In this document: positions 28,937-40,356 of the stretch, one piece after another
Layout of the letters: every line of letters starts with the position of its first letter
Numbering within the stretch: the stretch's first letter is position 1
From: a virus
Taxonomy: Duplodnaviria; Heunggongvirae; Uroviricota; Caudoviricetes
Reading direction: 5' to 3' (one strand)
IMG/VR virus record: IMGVR_UViG_2541047878_000001
Location: 1-44,521 of that record
Length of the DNA stretch: 44,521 nucleotides
Translations under genes and position numbers: made by a program
The notes under the pieces: generated by a model
Told to the model about the DNA's origin: nothing
Databases searched by the model: none
The model's input: the letters and a program-made list of their open reading frames with translations, nothing else

Positions 28937-29292
28937 TGGCACGTATCGGGGGAACCTGTTATTTCAAAATTGACGGTCAGCAGCTATCGCTGACCGGCGG
29001 CATTGAGGTGCCCATGAACAGGACGGTCAATGATGACATCATCGGCCTGGACGGTTCAGTGGACCGCAAGGAAACTCACCGTGCGCCCTATGTCAAAGGG
29101 ACCTTCAAGGTGCCGAAGAATTTTCCGGTGAGCAAAATCACCTCGTCTGATGAGATGACCATCACTGCCGAGCTGGCGAACGGTCAGGTCTATGTACTGT
29201 CGTCTGCCTGGCTGCACGGCGAAGCGAACCATAATGCCGAAGAAGGCACGGTCGATCTTGAGTTCCACGGTGAAGAAGGGGATTACCAGTAA
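28936..29292 (+). CDS. Tail tube protein
   Basis: 118 aa directly after the sheath, overlapping stop/start. Confidence 0.65.
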   Translation: MARIGGTCYFKIDGQQLSLTGGIEVPMNRTVNDDIIGLDGSVDRKETHRAPYVKGTFKVPKNFPVSKITSSDEMTITAELANGQVYVLSSAWLHGEANHNAEEGTVDLEFHGEEGDYQ

Positions 29293-29710
29293 TGAAAGAG
29301 CTTGAGTTAAAGAAACCGATTACTGCTCATGGCGAGACACTCTCCGTACTGGAGTTTGATGAGCCCACCGGGAAAGATGTCCGCGAGCTGGGGTATCCCT
29401 ACCAGATGAATCAGGATGAGTCCGTCAGACTTCTGGCGCATGTGGTATCGAAATACATCGTGCGGCTGGCGAAAGTGCCGCAAAGCTCTGTCGACCAGAT
29501 GTCTCCGGCAGACCTGAATGCAGCGGCGTGGCTTGTGGCCGGTTTTTTCCTCCAGGCCTGACGGCTGAATACCTCACTGATCGCTTCTTTGACTGCGCCA
29601 GTTACTGGCGCATTAATCCTTTCGAATTGCTGAATATGCCGATCAGTGAAATTCCCTTACTGGTCAGTCAGGCAAACAGGATAGAGCAGGAGAAACGCAC
29701 ACATGGCTGA
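29292..29710 (+). CDS. Tail assembly chaperone pair with programmed -1 frameshift (29292-29561 frame 0; 29528-29710 frame -1)
   Basis: Two overlapping ORFs between tube and tape measure; canonical slippery heptamer T-TTT-TTC at about 29543-29549 in the overlap. Confidence 0.5.
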
Positions 29711-31538
29711 ATTTGAGCTTAAGGCGTTGATCACCGGTGTCGACAGGCTTTCTCCCGCGCTGTCGAAAATGCAAAAGAAAATCCGGGGATTTAAACGCCA
29801 GGCGGAAGAAGCGTCACAGGGTGGGCTGGCGCTTGGTGGCGGACTGGCAGCGGGTCTGACGCTTTCCCTGAAATCTTATGCCGATCAGGAAAACGCCGCC
29901 ACCGGGCTGAAAGTCGCCATGATGGATGCGAACGGCGAGGTTGGAAAGAGCTTTCAGGACATCAATAAACTGGCTATTGGCCTGGGTAACCAGCTACCTG
30001 GTACAACGGCTGATTTCCAGAACATGATGCAGATGCTGGTGCGTCAGGGGATCCCGGCAGAAAACATTCTGGGTGGTGTGGGTAAAGCGACAGCTTATCT
30101 TGCGGTACAACTGAAAAAAACACCGGAAGCGGCTGCTGAGTTTGCTGCAAAGATGCAGGATGCTACCGGAACGGCGTCAGAAGACATGATGGGGCTGTTC
30201 GACACTATCCAGAAGGCGTTTTATCTGGGCGTTGACGATACCAACATGTTGTCCTTCTTCACTAAAACCAGTTCTGTTCTGAAGATGGTGAACAAGGATG
30301 GTCTTCAGGCTGCGCAGAGCCTTGCCCCCATCAGCGTCATGATGGATCAGATGGGGATGAACGGGGAGTCGGCAGGTAATGCCCTGCGAAAAGTTATCCA
30401 GTCCGGATTAAGCGTTAAGAAAATCAGGGACGTTAATAAAGTTATGGCCCGCCAGAAACTCGGGGTACAGCTCGATTTTACTGACGGCAAAGGAAGTTTT
30501 GGCGGTCTTGATAACATGTTCAGGCAACTGGCAAAGCTGCGAAAACTGACCGACGTTAAGCGAACAGGTGTACTTAAGGCAATATTTGGTGATGATGCCG
30601 AAACCCTTCAGGTGGTCAATGCACTAATCGATAAAGGAAAGGATGGCTACGATCAGATCCAGCAGAAGATGAATAAACAGGCCAGCCTGAATAAACGTGT
30701 TCAGGCACAGCTTGGTACGCTGTCCAACCTGTGGGAGGCAATGACAGGGACCGCAACTAACGGCCTTGCGGCTATTGGCGGCGCATTTTCTGGTGACGCT
30801 AAAAATATCACACAATGGCTGGGGGAGTTGGGGGAGAAATTCACGAAGTTTGCGGATGAAAATCCCCGGGTTATTCGCGGCGTCGTCGGGCTTGCTGCCG
30901 GTCTTGCGATTCTGAAACTGGGATTGATGGGCGTGGGCAGTGCCATCAGTATTGTCAGCAGGATTATGTCGATGACGCCGATTGGCATGATTGCGACGGC
31001 GATTGCTCTGGCTGCGGGATTAATTATCACTAACTGGGATGTTGTCGGACCTTATTTCAAGAAGCTCTGGGAAACCATTGGTCCTTATTTTGAGGCAGGT
31101 TGGGAACTTCTGAAGAAGGTTTTTGCCTGGTCGCCGCTGGGGATGGTGATCAATAACTGGGGACCGGTTGTTAAGTGGTTTCAGGATATGTGGGACAAGC
31201 TGAAGCCAATTATTGAGTGGTTTACCGACAGTTCCGGTGACACGGTCGATGCCATTAACTCTGCGCAGTGGGGCGCGGGTGCTTATGATGCTTATGGGAC
31301 GGGAATACCGGCACGGGGATACACACCTTATCAGGCGGTGGATCCGGCTCAGTCAAACAACGCCTCCGATGCCACAGGCCCGAATCCCTTCATGATTAAC
31401 AAAGCTTCTGCGCCAAAAGTTGATGGTGAGATCAAGGTCTCTTTTGTGAATTCGCCTCCGGGTATGCGGGTTATGGAAACGCGATCCAGCGGTTTTGATG
31501 TCAGCCATGATGTTGGCTATACGCGCTTTGGCAGGTAA
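29703..31538 (+). CDS. Tail tape measure protein
   Basis: 611 aa, Gly/Ala-rich with hydrophobic segments, following the chaperone pair. Confidence 0.8.
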   Translation: MAEFELKALITGVDRLSPALSKMQKKIRGFKRQAEEASQGGLALGGGLAAGLTLSLKSYADQENAATGLKVAMMDANGEVGKSFQDINKLAIGLGNQLPGTTADFQNMMQMLVRQGIPAENILGGVGKATAYLAVQLKKTPEAAAEFAAKMQDATGTASEDMMGLFDTIQKAFYLGVDDTNMLSFFTKTSSVLKMVNKDGLQAAQSLAPISVMMDQMGMNGESAGNALRKVIQSGLSVKKIRDVNKVMARQKLGVQLDFTDGKGSFGGLDNMFRQLAKLRKLTDVKRTGVLKAIFGDDAETLQVVNALIDKGKDGYDQIQQKMNKQASLNKRVQAQLGTLSNLWEAMTGTATNGLAAIGGAFSGDAKNITQWLGELGEKFTKFADENPRVIRGVVGLAAGLAILKLGLMGVGSAISIVSRIMSMTPIGMIATAIALAAGLIITNWDVVGPYFKKLWETIGPYFEAGWELLKKVFAWSPLGMVINNWGPVVKWFQDMWDKLKPIIEWFTDSSGDTVDAINSAQWGAGAYDAYGTGIPARGYTPYQAVDPAQSNNASDATGPNPFMINKASAPKVDGEIKVSFVNSPPGMRVMETRSSGFDVSHDVGYTRFGR

Positions 31539-31560
31539 TGAAAAATTAATCTGTTAATGA

Positions 31561-31583
31561 GTCCCACTCCGGTGGGATTTTTT
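31561..31583 (+). terminator. Hairpin with T-run inside the tail operon (attenuator-like)
   Basis: TCCCAC-TCCG-GTGGGA followed by a run of six T, between tape measure and the next gene. Confidence 0.35.
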
Positions 31584-31598
31584 ATGTACGGAGTTTAT

Positions 31599-32927
31599 AT
31601 GACGTGGAAAGACAGACTTCAGGACGCGTCATTTCGCGGTGTGCCATTTAAGGTTGAAGAAGAAAGTGCGGGAACCGGTCGTCGTGTGGAAACGCACGAA
31701 TACCCGAACCGCGACAAACCCTATACCGAAGACCTGGGGAAAATCACTTTCCGCCCGTCCATCACAGCTTATGTGGTGGGAGATGACTGCTTTGACCAGC
31801 GCGATCGCCTGATTGACGCGCTGAATAAACCCGGTCCCGGCACGCTTGTCCATCCGACTTACGGTGAGCTGAAAGTCTGTGTTGACGGGGAAGTTCGGGT
31901 CAGCACATCGAAGAGTGAAGGGCGTATTGTCCGCTTTGACCTGAAGTTTGTCGAAGCGGGAGAACTCTCTTACCCCACTTCAGGTGCGGCGACGGCGCAG
32001 ACGCTGATGTCATCCTGTTCTGCACTGGATGACTGCATCAGCGACAGCTTCAGTGGTTTCAGTATCGATGGCGTGGCAGATTTTGTGCAGAACGACGTCG
32101 TCGGTAATGCCAGCACAATGCTTGGGTATGTTTCTGATGCGATGAAAGTGGTGGATTCTGCCGTATCGGATGCCGCCAGGCTATTGCAGGGGGATATCTC
32201 GGTACTTCTGCCGCCGCCATCGTCAGGCAAAAATTTCGTTGAGCAGGTGCAGAAAATGTGGCGTACCGGGAAACGCCTTTATGGTAACGCCAGCGACCTG
32301 GTCACCATGATCAAAACGTTTTCCGGTGTCAGCCTCGGCAGCGATCTGCAACCGCGCGGCGTCTGGAAAACGGACAGTAAAACCACCGCCACGGCGACGC
32401 AGCAGCGTAACGTGGTTGCCAGCACCCTTCGTACGACCGCAATCAGCGAAGCGGCGTATGCCGTCACACGATTGCCTGCGCCCACAACTTCCGCGGTGAT
32501 GCAGAATGCCACAGTGGGGCAGTCAACAACACCCGCGCAGAGCACCGGCTGGCCTTCTGTCACGCATCCGGCACTGAACAATGCACCGGCGGTGAAAAAC
32601 ACGGTTGACCTGCCAACGTGGGAAGAACTGACCGACATTCGCGACACACTGAATACGGCAATTGATAAGGAGTTGTCCCGTACAACCAGTGATGCGCTGT
32701 TTCTGGCGCTGCGCCGGGTGAAAGCAGATCTGAATGCGGATATCAACACGCGCCTTGAACAGTCTGCACGGATCATTCAGCGCACGCCGGATGAGGTTTT
32801 ACCCGCGCTGGTGCTGGCGGCGACCTGGTTTGATAACGCGGCGCGTGACGCGGACATTATCCGGCGTAATGCCATTACGCATCCCGGCTTTGTGCCGGTG
32901 ATCCCTCTGAAGGTGCCAGTGCAATGA
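31599..32927 (+). CDS. DNA circulation protein (Mu N-like)
   Basis: Start placed at the ATG after a GGAG RBS (MTWKDRLQDASFRGVPF), not at the track ORF start. Confidence 0.6.
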   Translation: MTWKDRLQDASFRGVPFKVEEESAGTGRRVETHEYPNRDKPYTEDLGKITFRPSITAYVVGDDCFDQRDRLIDALNKPGPGTLVHPTYGELKVCVDGEVRVSTSKSEGRIVRFDLKFVEAGELSYPTSGAATAQTLMSSCSALDDCISDSFSGFSIDGVADFVQNDVVGNASTMLGYVSDAMKVVDSAVSDAARLLQGDISVLLPPPSSGKNFVEQVQKMWRTGKRLYGNASDLVTMIKTFSGVSLGSDLQPRGVWKTDSKTTATATQQRNVVASTLRTTAISEAAYAVTRLPAPTTSAVMQNATVGQSTTPAQSTGWPSVTHPALNNAPAVKNTVDLPTWEELTDIRDTLNTAIDKELSRTTSDALFLALRRVKADLNADINTRLEQSARIIQRTPDEVLPALVLAATWFDNAARDADIIRRNAITHPGFVPVIPLKVPVQ

Positions 32928-34003
32928 ACGACAATGTCACGCTACGGGTAAATGGCCGGGAGTGGAATGGCTGGACATCGGTGCGCATCGGTGCCGGTAT
33001 TGAACGGCTGGCGCGGGATTTCAGTGTGGAGATCACTCGCCAGTGGCCGGGAGATGAGGGTATCACCACGCTTCAGCCGCGCATTAAAAACGGTTCAAAA
33101 GTGGAAGTGCTGATTGGTGATGAGCTGGTGATCACCGGCTGGGTGGAGGCGACTCCCGTTCGTTACGATGCCCGTTCGGTCAGCACCGGTATTGCCGGAC
33201 GTAGTCTGACGGCTGACCTGATTGACTGTGCAGCCGAACCGACACAGTTTAACGGACGCTCGCTGGTGCAGATTGTGCAGGCGCTTGCTGCGCCTTTTGG
33301 CATTGAGGTGGTGAACAGCGGTGCGCCGTCGGGTGTTATTCCTGATGTTCAGCCTGATCACGGTGAAACGGTGATTGAGGTAATCAACAAAATACTCGGT
33401 CAGCAGCAGGCGCTGGCTTACGACGACCCGCACGGCAGGCTGGTGATTGGCGGTATTGGCTCAACGCGGGCACATACCGCGCTGGTACTTGGGGAAAACA
33501 TCCTTTCCTGTGATACGGAGAAGAGTATCCGGGAGCGGTTTTCTGTTTACCAGGTGGCGGGGCAGCGTGCCGGAAACGACGATGATTTCGGTGAGGCCAC
33601 CACCACCGCGCTGCGGGCCCGCACAGAGGACGCATTTATTGCCCGTTACCGTCCGATGTATATCAGGCAGACAGGGCAGGCCACGGGGGCAGGCTGTATT
33701 GCGCGTGCTGACTTTGAAGCCCGACAACGGGCGGCGCGGACGGATGAAACCACCTATGTGGTGCAGGGCTGGCGACAGGGTAACGGTACGCTGTGGCAGC
33801 CCAACCAGCGGGTGATTGTCTTCGATCCGGTCTGTGGTTTCGACAATACCGAACTGCTTGTTTCGGAAGTCACGTTTACTCAGGACCAGAACGGAACCCT
33901 GACGGAAATCCGTGTCGGCCCGCCTGATGCTTATCTGCCTGAACCCGAAGATCCCGGCGCGCGGAAAAAGAAAAAAGCCAGAGTACAGGAGGACCCGTTC
34001 TGA
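32924..34003 (+). CDS. Baseplate hub / Mu P-like tail protein
   Basis: 359-aa ORF in the Mu-type baseplate order. Confidence 0.55.
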   Translation: MNDNVTLRVNGREWNGWTSVRIGAGIERLARDFSVEITRQWPGDEGITTLQPRIKNGSKVEVLIGDELVITGWVEATPVRYDARSVSTGIAGRSLTADLIDCAAEPTQFNGRSLVQIVQALAAPFGIEVVNSGAPSGVIPDVQPDHGETVIEVINKILGQQQALAYDDPHGRLVIGGIGSTRAHTALVLGENILSCDTEKSIRERFSVYQVAGQRAGNDDDFGEATTTALRARTEDAFIARYRPMYIRQTGQATGAGCIARADFEARQRAARTDETTYVVQGWRQGNGTLWQPNQRVIVFDPVCGFDNTELLVSEVTFTQDQNGTLTEIRVGPPDAYLPEPEDPGARKKKKARVQEDPF

Positions 34004-34551
34004 TGAGGGCGATTGAAACCATACAGCGACAACTTCTCGGCCTGATTGGGCGGGCAGTGGTGAAAAGCATCAGTGCCGCCACGAAATGTCAGACCGTGGA
34101 TGTGTCCCTGATTGCCGGTGAACCCAAAGCCGGGGTTGAACATCTTGAACCCTACGGTTTTACCGCAAGGGCAAACAGCGGTGCGGAAGCGGTGGTGTTG
34201 TTTCCGGATGGCGACCGTTCTCATGCGGTGGTTGTTACGGTGTCGGACCGGCGCTACCGCCTGAAAGGGCTGCAGACGGGTGAGGTGGCTGTCTATGACG
34301 ATCAGGGACAGTCCGTGACGCTGACCCGGGAGGGGATCGTGGTGGACGGTGCAGGTAAAACGATCACGTTTCGCAATTCACCTGAAGCACGTTTTGAAAT
34401 GGACCTGGAAGTGACCGGACAGGTGAAAGACCTGTGCGACTCCGGCGGCACCACCATGTCAGCGATGCGGCTTGCCTATAACGGGCATCGTCACAGAGAG
34501 AACGGTCAGGGCAGTAACACCGACAAACCTGATAAAGCGATGGAGGCATGA
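34003..34551 (+). CDS. Baseplate spike/assembly protein V-like
   Basis: 182 aa in conserved order after the hub protein. Confidence 0.6.
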   Translation: MRAIETIQRQLLGLIGRAVVKSISAATKCQTVDVSLIAGEPKAGVEHLEPYGFTARANSGAEAVVLFPDGDRSHAVVVTVSDRRYRLKGLQTGEVAVYDDQGQSVTLTREGIVVDGAGKTITFRNSPEARFEMDLEVTGQVKDLCDSGGTTMSAMRLAYNGHRHRENGQGSNTDKPDKAMEA

Positions 34552-34976
34552 TGGAACTGTGGCTGACGGTGAACGGTAAACGCACCTGCGCCAGCGCACC
34601 GCTGGATCCGCTGACCCGCGCCGTGGTGATTTCCCTGTTTACCTGGCGGCGGGCGGAGCCTGATGACAACGCCGACGTCCCGATGGGATGGTGGGGGGAT
34701 ACCTGGCCTGCGGTACAGAATGACCGTTACGGCTCCCGACTGTGGCTGCTTCAGCGCAGCAAACTGACCAATCAGCTGGTGCAGACGGTAAGGGGGTATA
34801 TCCGCGAATGCCTGCAATGGATGATTGATGACGGCGTGGTGTCCCGTATTGATCTGGATATCCGCCGTACCGGGATTAATGAACTGGGTAACAGTATCAC
34901 TCTCTGGCGTCGTGACGGACCGGTAATGATTTCTTTTGATGATCTGTGGAGTGCGATAACGCATGGCGGACAGTGA
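34548..34976 (+). CDS. Baseplate wedge protein (GPW/gp25-like)
   Basis: 142 aa at the conserved position. Confidence 0.6.
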   Translation: MMELWLTVNGKRTCASAPLDPLTRAVVISLFTWRRAEPDDNADVPMGWWGDTWPAVQNDRYGSRLWLLQRSKLTNQLVQTVRGYIRECLQWMIDDGVVSRIDLDIRRTGINELGNSITLWRRDGPVMISFDDLWSAITHGGQ

Positions 34977-36021
34977 ATTTCAGCGCCCGACGCTGGCAGA
35001 AAATATCAGTATGCTCCGTAACGATTTATTCGCCAGGCTGGACGTCAGCAACACGCTCCGGCGCATGGATGAAGACGTGCGGGCAAAGGTGTATGCGGCG
35101 GCGCTGCATACGGTCTACGGGTACATCGATTATCTGGCAATGAATATGCTGCCTGACCTGTGCGATGAGTCCTGGCTGGCGCGACATGCTGCGATGAAAC
35201 GGTGTCCGCGCAAGGGGGCCACGGCTGCCAGCGGGTATATGCGCTGGGAAGGTGTCAGCGATGGCCTGAAGGTGACTGCCGGGAGCGTGATTCAGCGCGA
35301 TGACCTGGTTCAGTACACGGCAACTGCCGATGCAACCAGCTCCGGTGGTGTCCTGCGTGTGCCGATCACTTGCTCAACTACAGGCGCGGTCGGTAACGCT
35401 GACGACGGTACGGCATTAATCCTGGTCACGCCGGTGAATGGTCTGCCGTCTTCCGGTGTTGCAGATACCCTGACTGGCGGATTCGATACTGAAGATCTGG
35501 AAACGTGGCGCGCCCGCGTCATTGAGCGGTATTACTGGACGCCGCAGGGCGGGGCTGACGGGGACTATGTCGTCTGGGCTAAAGAAGTGCCCGGCATTAC
35601 CCGCGCATGGACATACCGTCACTGGATGGGAACGGGGACTGTCGGTGTGATGATTGCCGGCAGTGACCTGATTAATCCCATTCCGGAAGAATCAACGGAA
35701 ACGGCGGCAAGACAACATATCGGGCCACTGGCCCCGGTGGCAGGCTCTGATTTGTATGTGTTCAGGCCGGTGGCACATACGGTGGATTTTCATATCCGTG
35801 TGACGCCGGACACACCGGAAATACGGGCTGCCATTACCGCGGAGTTGCGTTCGTTCCTGCTGCGTGATGGTTATCCGCAGGGAGAACTGAAGGTATCGCG
35901 TATCAGTGAGGCGATTTCCGGTGCGAACGGGGAATACAGCCATCAGTTGCTTGCACCGGCAGACAATATCTCCATTGCAAAAAATGAACTGGCGGTACTG
36001 GGGACGATTTCATGGACGTGA
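34963..36021 (+). CDS. Baseplate J-like protein
   Basis: 352 aa at the conserved position. Confidence 0.65.
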   Translation: MADSEFQRPTLAENISMLRNDLFARLDVSNTLRRMDEDVRAKVYAAALHTVYGYIDYLAMNMLPDLCDESWLARHAAMKRCPRKGATAASGYMRWEGVSDGLKVTAGSVIQRDDLVQYTATADATSSGGVLRVPITCSTTGAVGNADDGTALILVTPVNGLPSSGVADTLTGGFDTEDLETWRARVIERYYWTPQGGADGDYVVWAKEVPGITRAWTYRHWMGTGTVGVMIAGSDLINPIPEESTETAARQHIGPLAPVAGSDLYVFRPVAHTVDFHIRVTPDTPEIRAAITAELRSFLLRDGYPQGELKVSRISEAISGANGEYSHQLLAPADNISIAKNELAVLGTISWT

Positions 36022-36596
36022 CAAACGATGATTACATCCGTCTGTTGTCGGCACTGTTGCCCCCCGGTCCGGCGTGGTCAGCCAGCGATCCGGCGATTGC
36101 CGGTGCGGCACCGTCATTAACCCGCGTTCATCAGCGTGCGGATGCCCTTATGCGGGAGCTGGATCCGCGCACCACCAATGAACTGATAAACCGCTGGGAG
36201 CGTCTGTGCGGTCTGCCGGATGAATGTATTCCCGCAGGGACACAGACCCTTCGCCAGCGTCAGCAACGGCTGGATGCGAAGGTTAACCTGGTGGGCGGCA
36301 TCAACGAGGATTTTTATCTTGCACAGCTTGCTGCCCTGGGCAGACCAGATGCCACCATCACGCGATACGACAAAAGCACTTTCACCTGCTCATCGGCCTG
36401 TACTGACGCGGTGAATGCGCCGGAATGGCGGTATTACTGGCAGGTCAACATGCCAGCCGCCACCAACACCACCTGGATGACATGTGGCGATCCCTGTGAT
36501 TCCGCACTGCGTATCTGGGGCGACACCGTTGTCGAGTGTGTGCTTAACAAACTCTGCCCGTCGCATACCTACGTAATTTTTAAATATCCGGAGTAA
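36012..36596 (+). CDS. Tail protein I-like (Mu gp48-like)
   Basis: 194 aa immediately upstream of the tail fiber gene. Confidence 0.5.
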   Translation: MDVTNDDYIRLLSALLPPGPAWSASDPAIAGAAPSLTRVHQRADALMRELDPRTTNELINRWERLCGLPDECIPAGTQTLRQRQQRLDAKVNLVGGINEDFYLAQLAALGRPDATITRYDKSTFTCSSACTDAVNAPEWRYYWQVNMPAATNTTWMTCGDPCDSALRIWGDTVVECVLNKLCPSHTYVIFKYPE

Positions 36597-36599
36597 TCC

Positions 36600-37199
36600 A
36601 TGCATCGTATAGACACGAAAACCGCGCAGAAGGATAAGTTCGGCGCGGGTAAGAACGGTTTTACCCGTGGTAACCCCCAGACTGGCACGCCTGCCACCGA
36701 TCTGGATGATGACTACTTTGACATGTTGCAGGAAGAACTTTGTAGCGTTGTTGAGGCATCCGGTGCCAGTCTGGAGAAGGCGCGGCACGACCAGTTGCTT
36801 ACCGCGCTTCGTGCTCTGCTGTTAAGCCGCAAGAATCCGTTTGGTGATATCAAATCGGATGGCACGGTGAAAACGGCTCTCGAAAACCTTGGTTTAAGAG
36901 CAAGCGGGCAGTACACCGATAATTTGTTATTTACAGGTCCTGATGGTCTTAAGATTCAGGTGTTTCGCCGGACGCTCGCAAATTTGACTACTGTCGGTGT
37001 AGTAAATTCTGTGCCAGTGACTTTCCCTGTCCCGTTCCCTGTTAATTGCTGGGGCGTTTTTTCTACCAAATTAACATGGGTTCAGATAACTAACTCATGC
37101 GAGTGGGTAAGCAATACAGGATTTACCGCTCAGGTCATGATGAATATTGCTGTAAATACAAACACCTCAGACGCTATGTTTTTAGCTATAGGATATTAA
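36600..37199 (+). CDS. Tail fiber protein (constant N-terminus fused to the currently expressed variable C-terminus)
   Basis: Short fibre ORF crossing the left recombination site at about 36890; followed by a Tfa gene. Confidence 0.65.
   Translation: MHRIDTKTAQKDKFGAGKNGFTRGNPQTGTPATDLDDDYFDMLQEELCSVVEASGASLEKARHDQLLTALRALLLSRKNPFGDIKSDGTVKTALENLGLRASGQYTDNLLFTGPDGLKIQVFRRTLANLTTVGVVNSVPVTFPVPFPVNCWGVFSTKLTWVQITNSCEWVSNTGFTAQVMMNIAVNTNTSDAMFLAIGY
36878..36900. repeat. Left inversion crossover site (gix/hix/pix-like)
   Basis: TCTCGAAAACC-TT-GGTTTAAGAG, imperfect dyad resembling hixL (TTCTTGAAAACCAAGGTTTTTGATAA); encodes ALENLGL in the fibre frame. Confidence 0.55.
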
Positions 37200-37200
37200 T

Positions 37201-37641
37201 ATGAATCGTTTTGTGTTCAGTCCATCTGAGTCCCGTTTTTATGCCATCGAGTGGCAGGCTGATTATGTTGATAATAATTGTTGGCCGCATGATGCCATTA
37301 ACGTTAGTGACAGCATTTATTATGAGTTTTCCGGCACTCCCCCTACAGGTAAGCAACTTATAACTTTAAATAACATGCCATCATGGGGTGATATTCCTCC
37401 ACCTACACGAGAAGAATTAATTGTCACCGCTGATGTCGAGAAGCAAAAAAGAATAGATTTAGCCAATGATTACATGAACGGTAAGCAATGGCTTGGTAAA
37501 GCAGCTATTGGTCGTCTGAAAGGTGAGGAACTGGCACAATATAATTTGTGGCTGGATTATCTGGACGCACTGGAGCTGGTCGATACCGCCAGTGCGCCAG
37601 ATATTGAATGGCCTACGCCTCCGGCAGTTCAGGCCAGATGA
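37201..37641 (+). CDS. Tail fiber assembly chaperone (Tfa), current orientation
   Basis: 146 aa directly downstream of the fibre gene; C-terminal Tfa-like motif (EWPTPPA). Confidence 0.6.
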   Translation: MNRFVFSPSESRFYAIEWQADYVDNNCWPHDAINVSDSIYYEFSGTPPTGKQLITLNNMPSWGDIPPPTREELIVTADVEKQKRIDLANDYMNGKQWLGKAAIGRLKGEELAQYNLWLDYLDALELVDTASAPDIEWPTPPAVQAR

Positions 37642-38215
37642 CATCTGGCGCGGTGCTGGTATCAGTTGCCGTCACCGCGTCAATGTAATCCAGTACAGCG
37701 TTAAGGCTGGTTGTTTCTGCCTGCGTCAGTTTACGTCCGGCCTGCAATTTCAGCTGAATCAGACTGATTGAAGCCATTGCAGTATCAATCAGTGACTGGC
37801 GCTGTGCTTCTGCTGCATCTACTGCGGCGCTATGCTGTGCTTCGGTATCCGTCACCCATTTCTCACCATCCCATTTATCGTATGGCGTTAACGGGGCGAT
37901 AGTGGTTGTATTATCAGGGTAATCACCCGGAGCTGTGATTTCTTTTGATTCTCCTGTTTCGGTGCTAAAGACGATTTCACCGCGATGGTCTGGCACATAT
38001 TCCCATGAGTTAAAATCTACAGATCGGCAGATTGCATAACCAGCTTTGTATGTGCCAGGGGCATCTAAACAGGAATATGCAGGGATACCGACACCAACGG
38101 CAAGATATTCAGTTGATGTGGAAATATATTCCCGTGTTTCGCCATCATAGTTATAGACGGTAATATTCCCCGCCTTTGTAGCAATAAACTCGCTATTTAA
38201 TACAGCGTTATCCAT
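37613..38215 (-). CDS. Tail fiber assembly chaperone (Tfa), alternate orientation
   Basis: 200 aa convergent with the other Tfa, with similar C-terminus (DVIWPELPEA). Confidence 0.6.
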   Translation of the reverse strand: MDNAVLNSEFIATKAGNITVYNYDGETREYISTSTEYLAVGVGIPAYSCLDAPGTYKAGYAICRSVDFNSWEYVPDHRGEIVFSTETGESKEITAPGDYPDNTTTIAPLTPYDKWDGEKWVTDTEAQHSAAVDAAEAQRQSLIDTAMASISLIQLKLQAGRKLTQAETTSLNAVLDYIDAVTATDTSTAPDVIWPELPEA

Positions 38216-38716
38216 TATGCAGCCCTCACGATATAGTTAAATGCAATATTCCGTGGACGGGTTTCATTTATCCCATATGCTGTTGTTCTCTGATTCCCGA
38301 CAAAATATCCATTTGGATTAGAAGATACAGAATAATCATCAAAATCAAGTGGGCTATCAGCACCCGGCGTCAGGCTTGCAATATATCCTCTTCCCATAAC
38401 TTCTAATGCTGGTATTTCTTTTGTACGATAATCACTAACTCTGAAGAGCTGCCCTTGGTGGGTGTGTGATTCCACTCCTCCATTCTGAAGACTTAGCAAG
38501 GCACGTACAGCATCAATACCACGCCCGTCATCCCAGCCACGAATAAACTCACCACGTAAATCAGGCAATTTATTTGTCGGATAAGCCTTTGCCAGTTCCG
38601 GGTATTCTTCAGCAGAAAAAGCGGCACCGTTGCATTTCAGCCAGCCTGTTGGCGGAGTGGCTGAAGGCCACGGAACAGGCACCCCAACCGGTAATGCAGA
38701 GCCTTCTCCCAAACCA
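38215..38716 (-). CDS. Alternate tail-fibre variable C-terminal segment (promoterless until inversion)
   Basis: Minus-strand ORF beginning at the right crossover site; after inversion ...ENLG would fuse in frame to LGEGSALPVG.... Confidence 0.55.
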
Positions 38717-38729
38717 ACATTTATGAAAA
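38704..38729. repeat. Right inversion crossover site (gix/hix/pix-like)
   Basis: Minus-strand reading CATAAATG-TT-GGTTTGGGAGAA, sharing the TTGGTTT core with the left site in inverted orientation. Confidence 0.5.
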
Positions 38730-38783
38730 TGCAGAAATAACGAGCAAATGGCATCATTCCTGCTTTTGTCAGGGGGCGCTACC

Positions 38784-39338
38784 ATGCTTATTGGCTATGT
38801 ACGCGTATCAACAAATGACCAGAACACCGATCTACAACGTAATGCGCTGAACTGTGCAGGATGTGAGCTGATTTTTGAAGACAAGATAAGCGGTACAAAG
38901 TCCGACAGACCAGGACTGAAAAAGCTGCTCAGGACATTATCGGCAGGTGACACGCTGGTGGTCTGGAAACTGGACCGACTGGGGCGCAGTATGCGGCATC
39001 TTGTCGTGCTGGTGGAGGAGTTGCGCGAACGAGGCATCAACTTTCGTAGTCTGACGGATTCAATTGATACCAGTACCCCAATGGGGCGCTTTTTCTTTCA
39101 TGTGATGGGTGCCCTGGCTGAAATGGAGCGTGAACTGATTGTTGAACGAACAAAAGCTGGACTGGAAGCTGCTCGCGCACAGGGACGAATTGGTGGACGT
39201 CGCCCCAAACTTACACCAGAACAATGGGAGCAGGCCGGACGATTAATTGCAGCAGGAATTCCTCGCCAGAAGGTAGCGATCATCTATGATGTTGGTGTAT
39301 CGACACTGTATAAGATGTTTCCGGTCGGAGATAAATGA
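38784..39338 (+). CDS. Serine DNA invertase (Gin/Pin/Hin/Cin family)
   Basis: N-terminal catalytic region MLIGYVRVSTNDQNTDLQ and C-terminal HTH; start at ATG after AGGGGG; adjacent to the invertible fibre segment. Confidence 0.85.
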   Translation: MLIGYVRVSTNDQNTDLQRNALNCAGCELIFEDKISGTKSDRPGLKKLLRTLSAGDTLVVWKLDRLGRSMRHLVVLVEELRERGINFRSLTDSIDTSTPMGRFFFHVMGALAEMERELIVERTKAGLEAARAQGRIGGRRPKLTPEQWEQAGRLIAAGIPRQKVAIIYDVGVSTLYKMFPVGDK

Positions 39339-39377
39339 AACCGCAGGCTCGTCGTATGCAAGATCGTGCTGCGGTTT
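39338..39377. repeat. Repeat family copy a (imperfect hairpin; also terminator-like)
   Basis: AAACCGCAGGCTCGTCGTATGCAAGATCGTGCTGCGGTTT; about 89 percent identical to the core of copy b by hand alignment. Confidence 0.5.
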
Positions 39378-39396
39378 ATGCTTATCACTTAAAGAC

Positions 39397-40266
<870 letters not shown>

Positions 40267-40356
40267 CTAATCCTTTGAATTTACATAGTAAAAAAAGATA
40301 CTTTTCCTCATAGTGTGAGCTAATTTTATGTTTCGTTTGATGATCGGACCGGTCTC

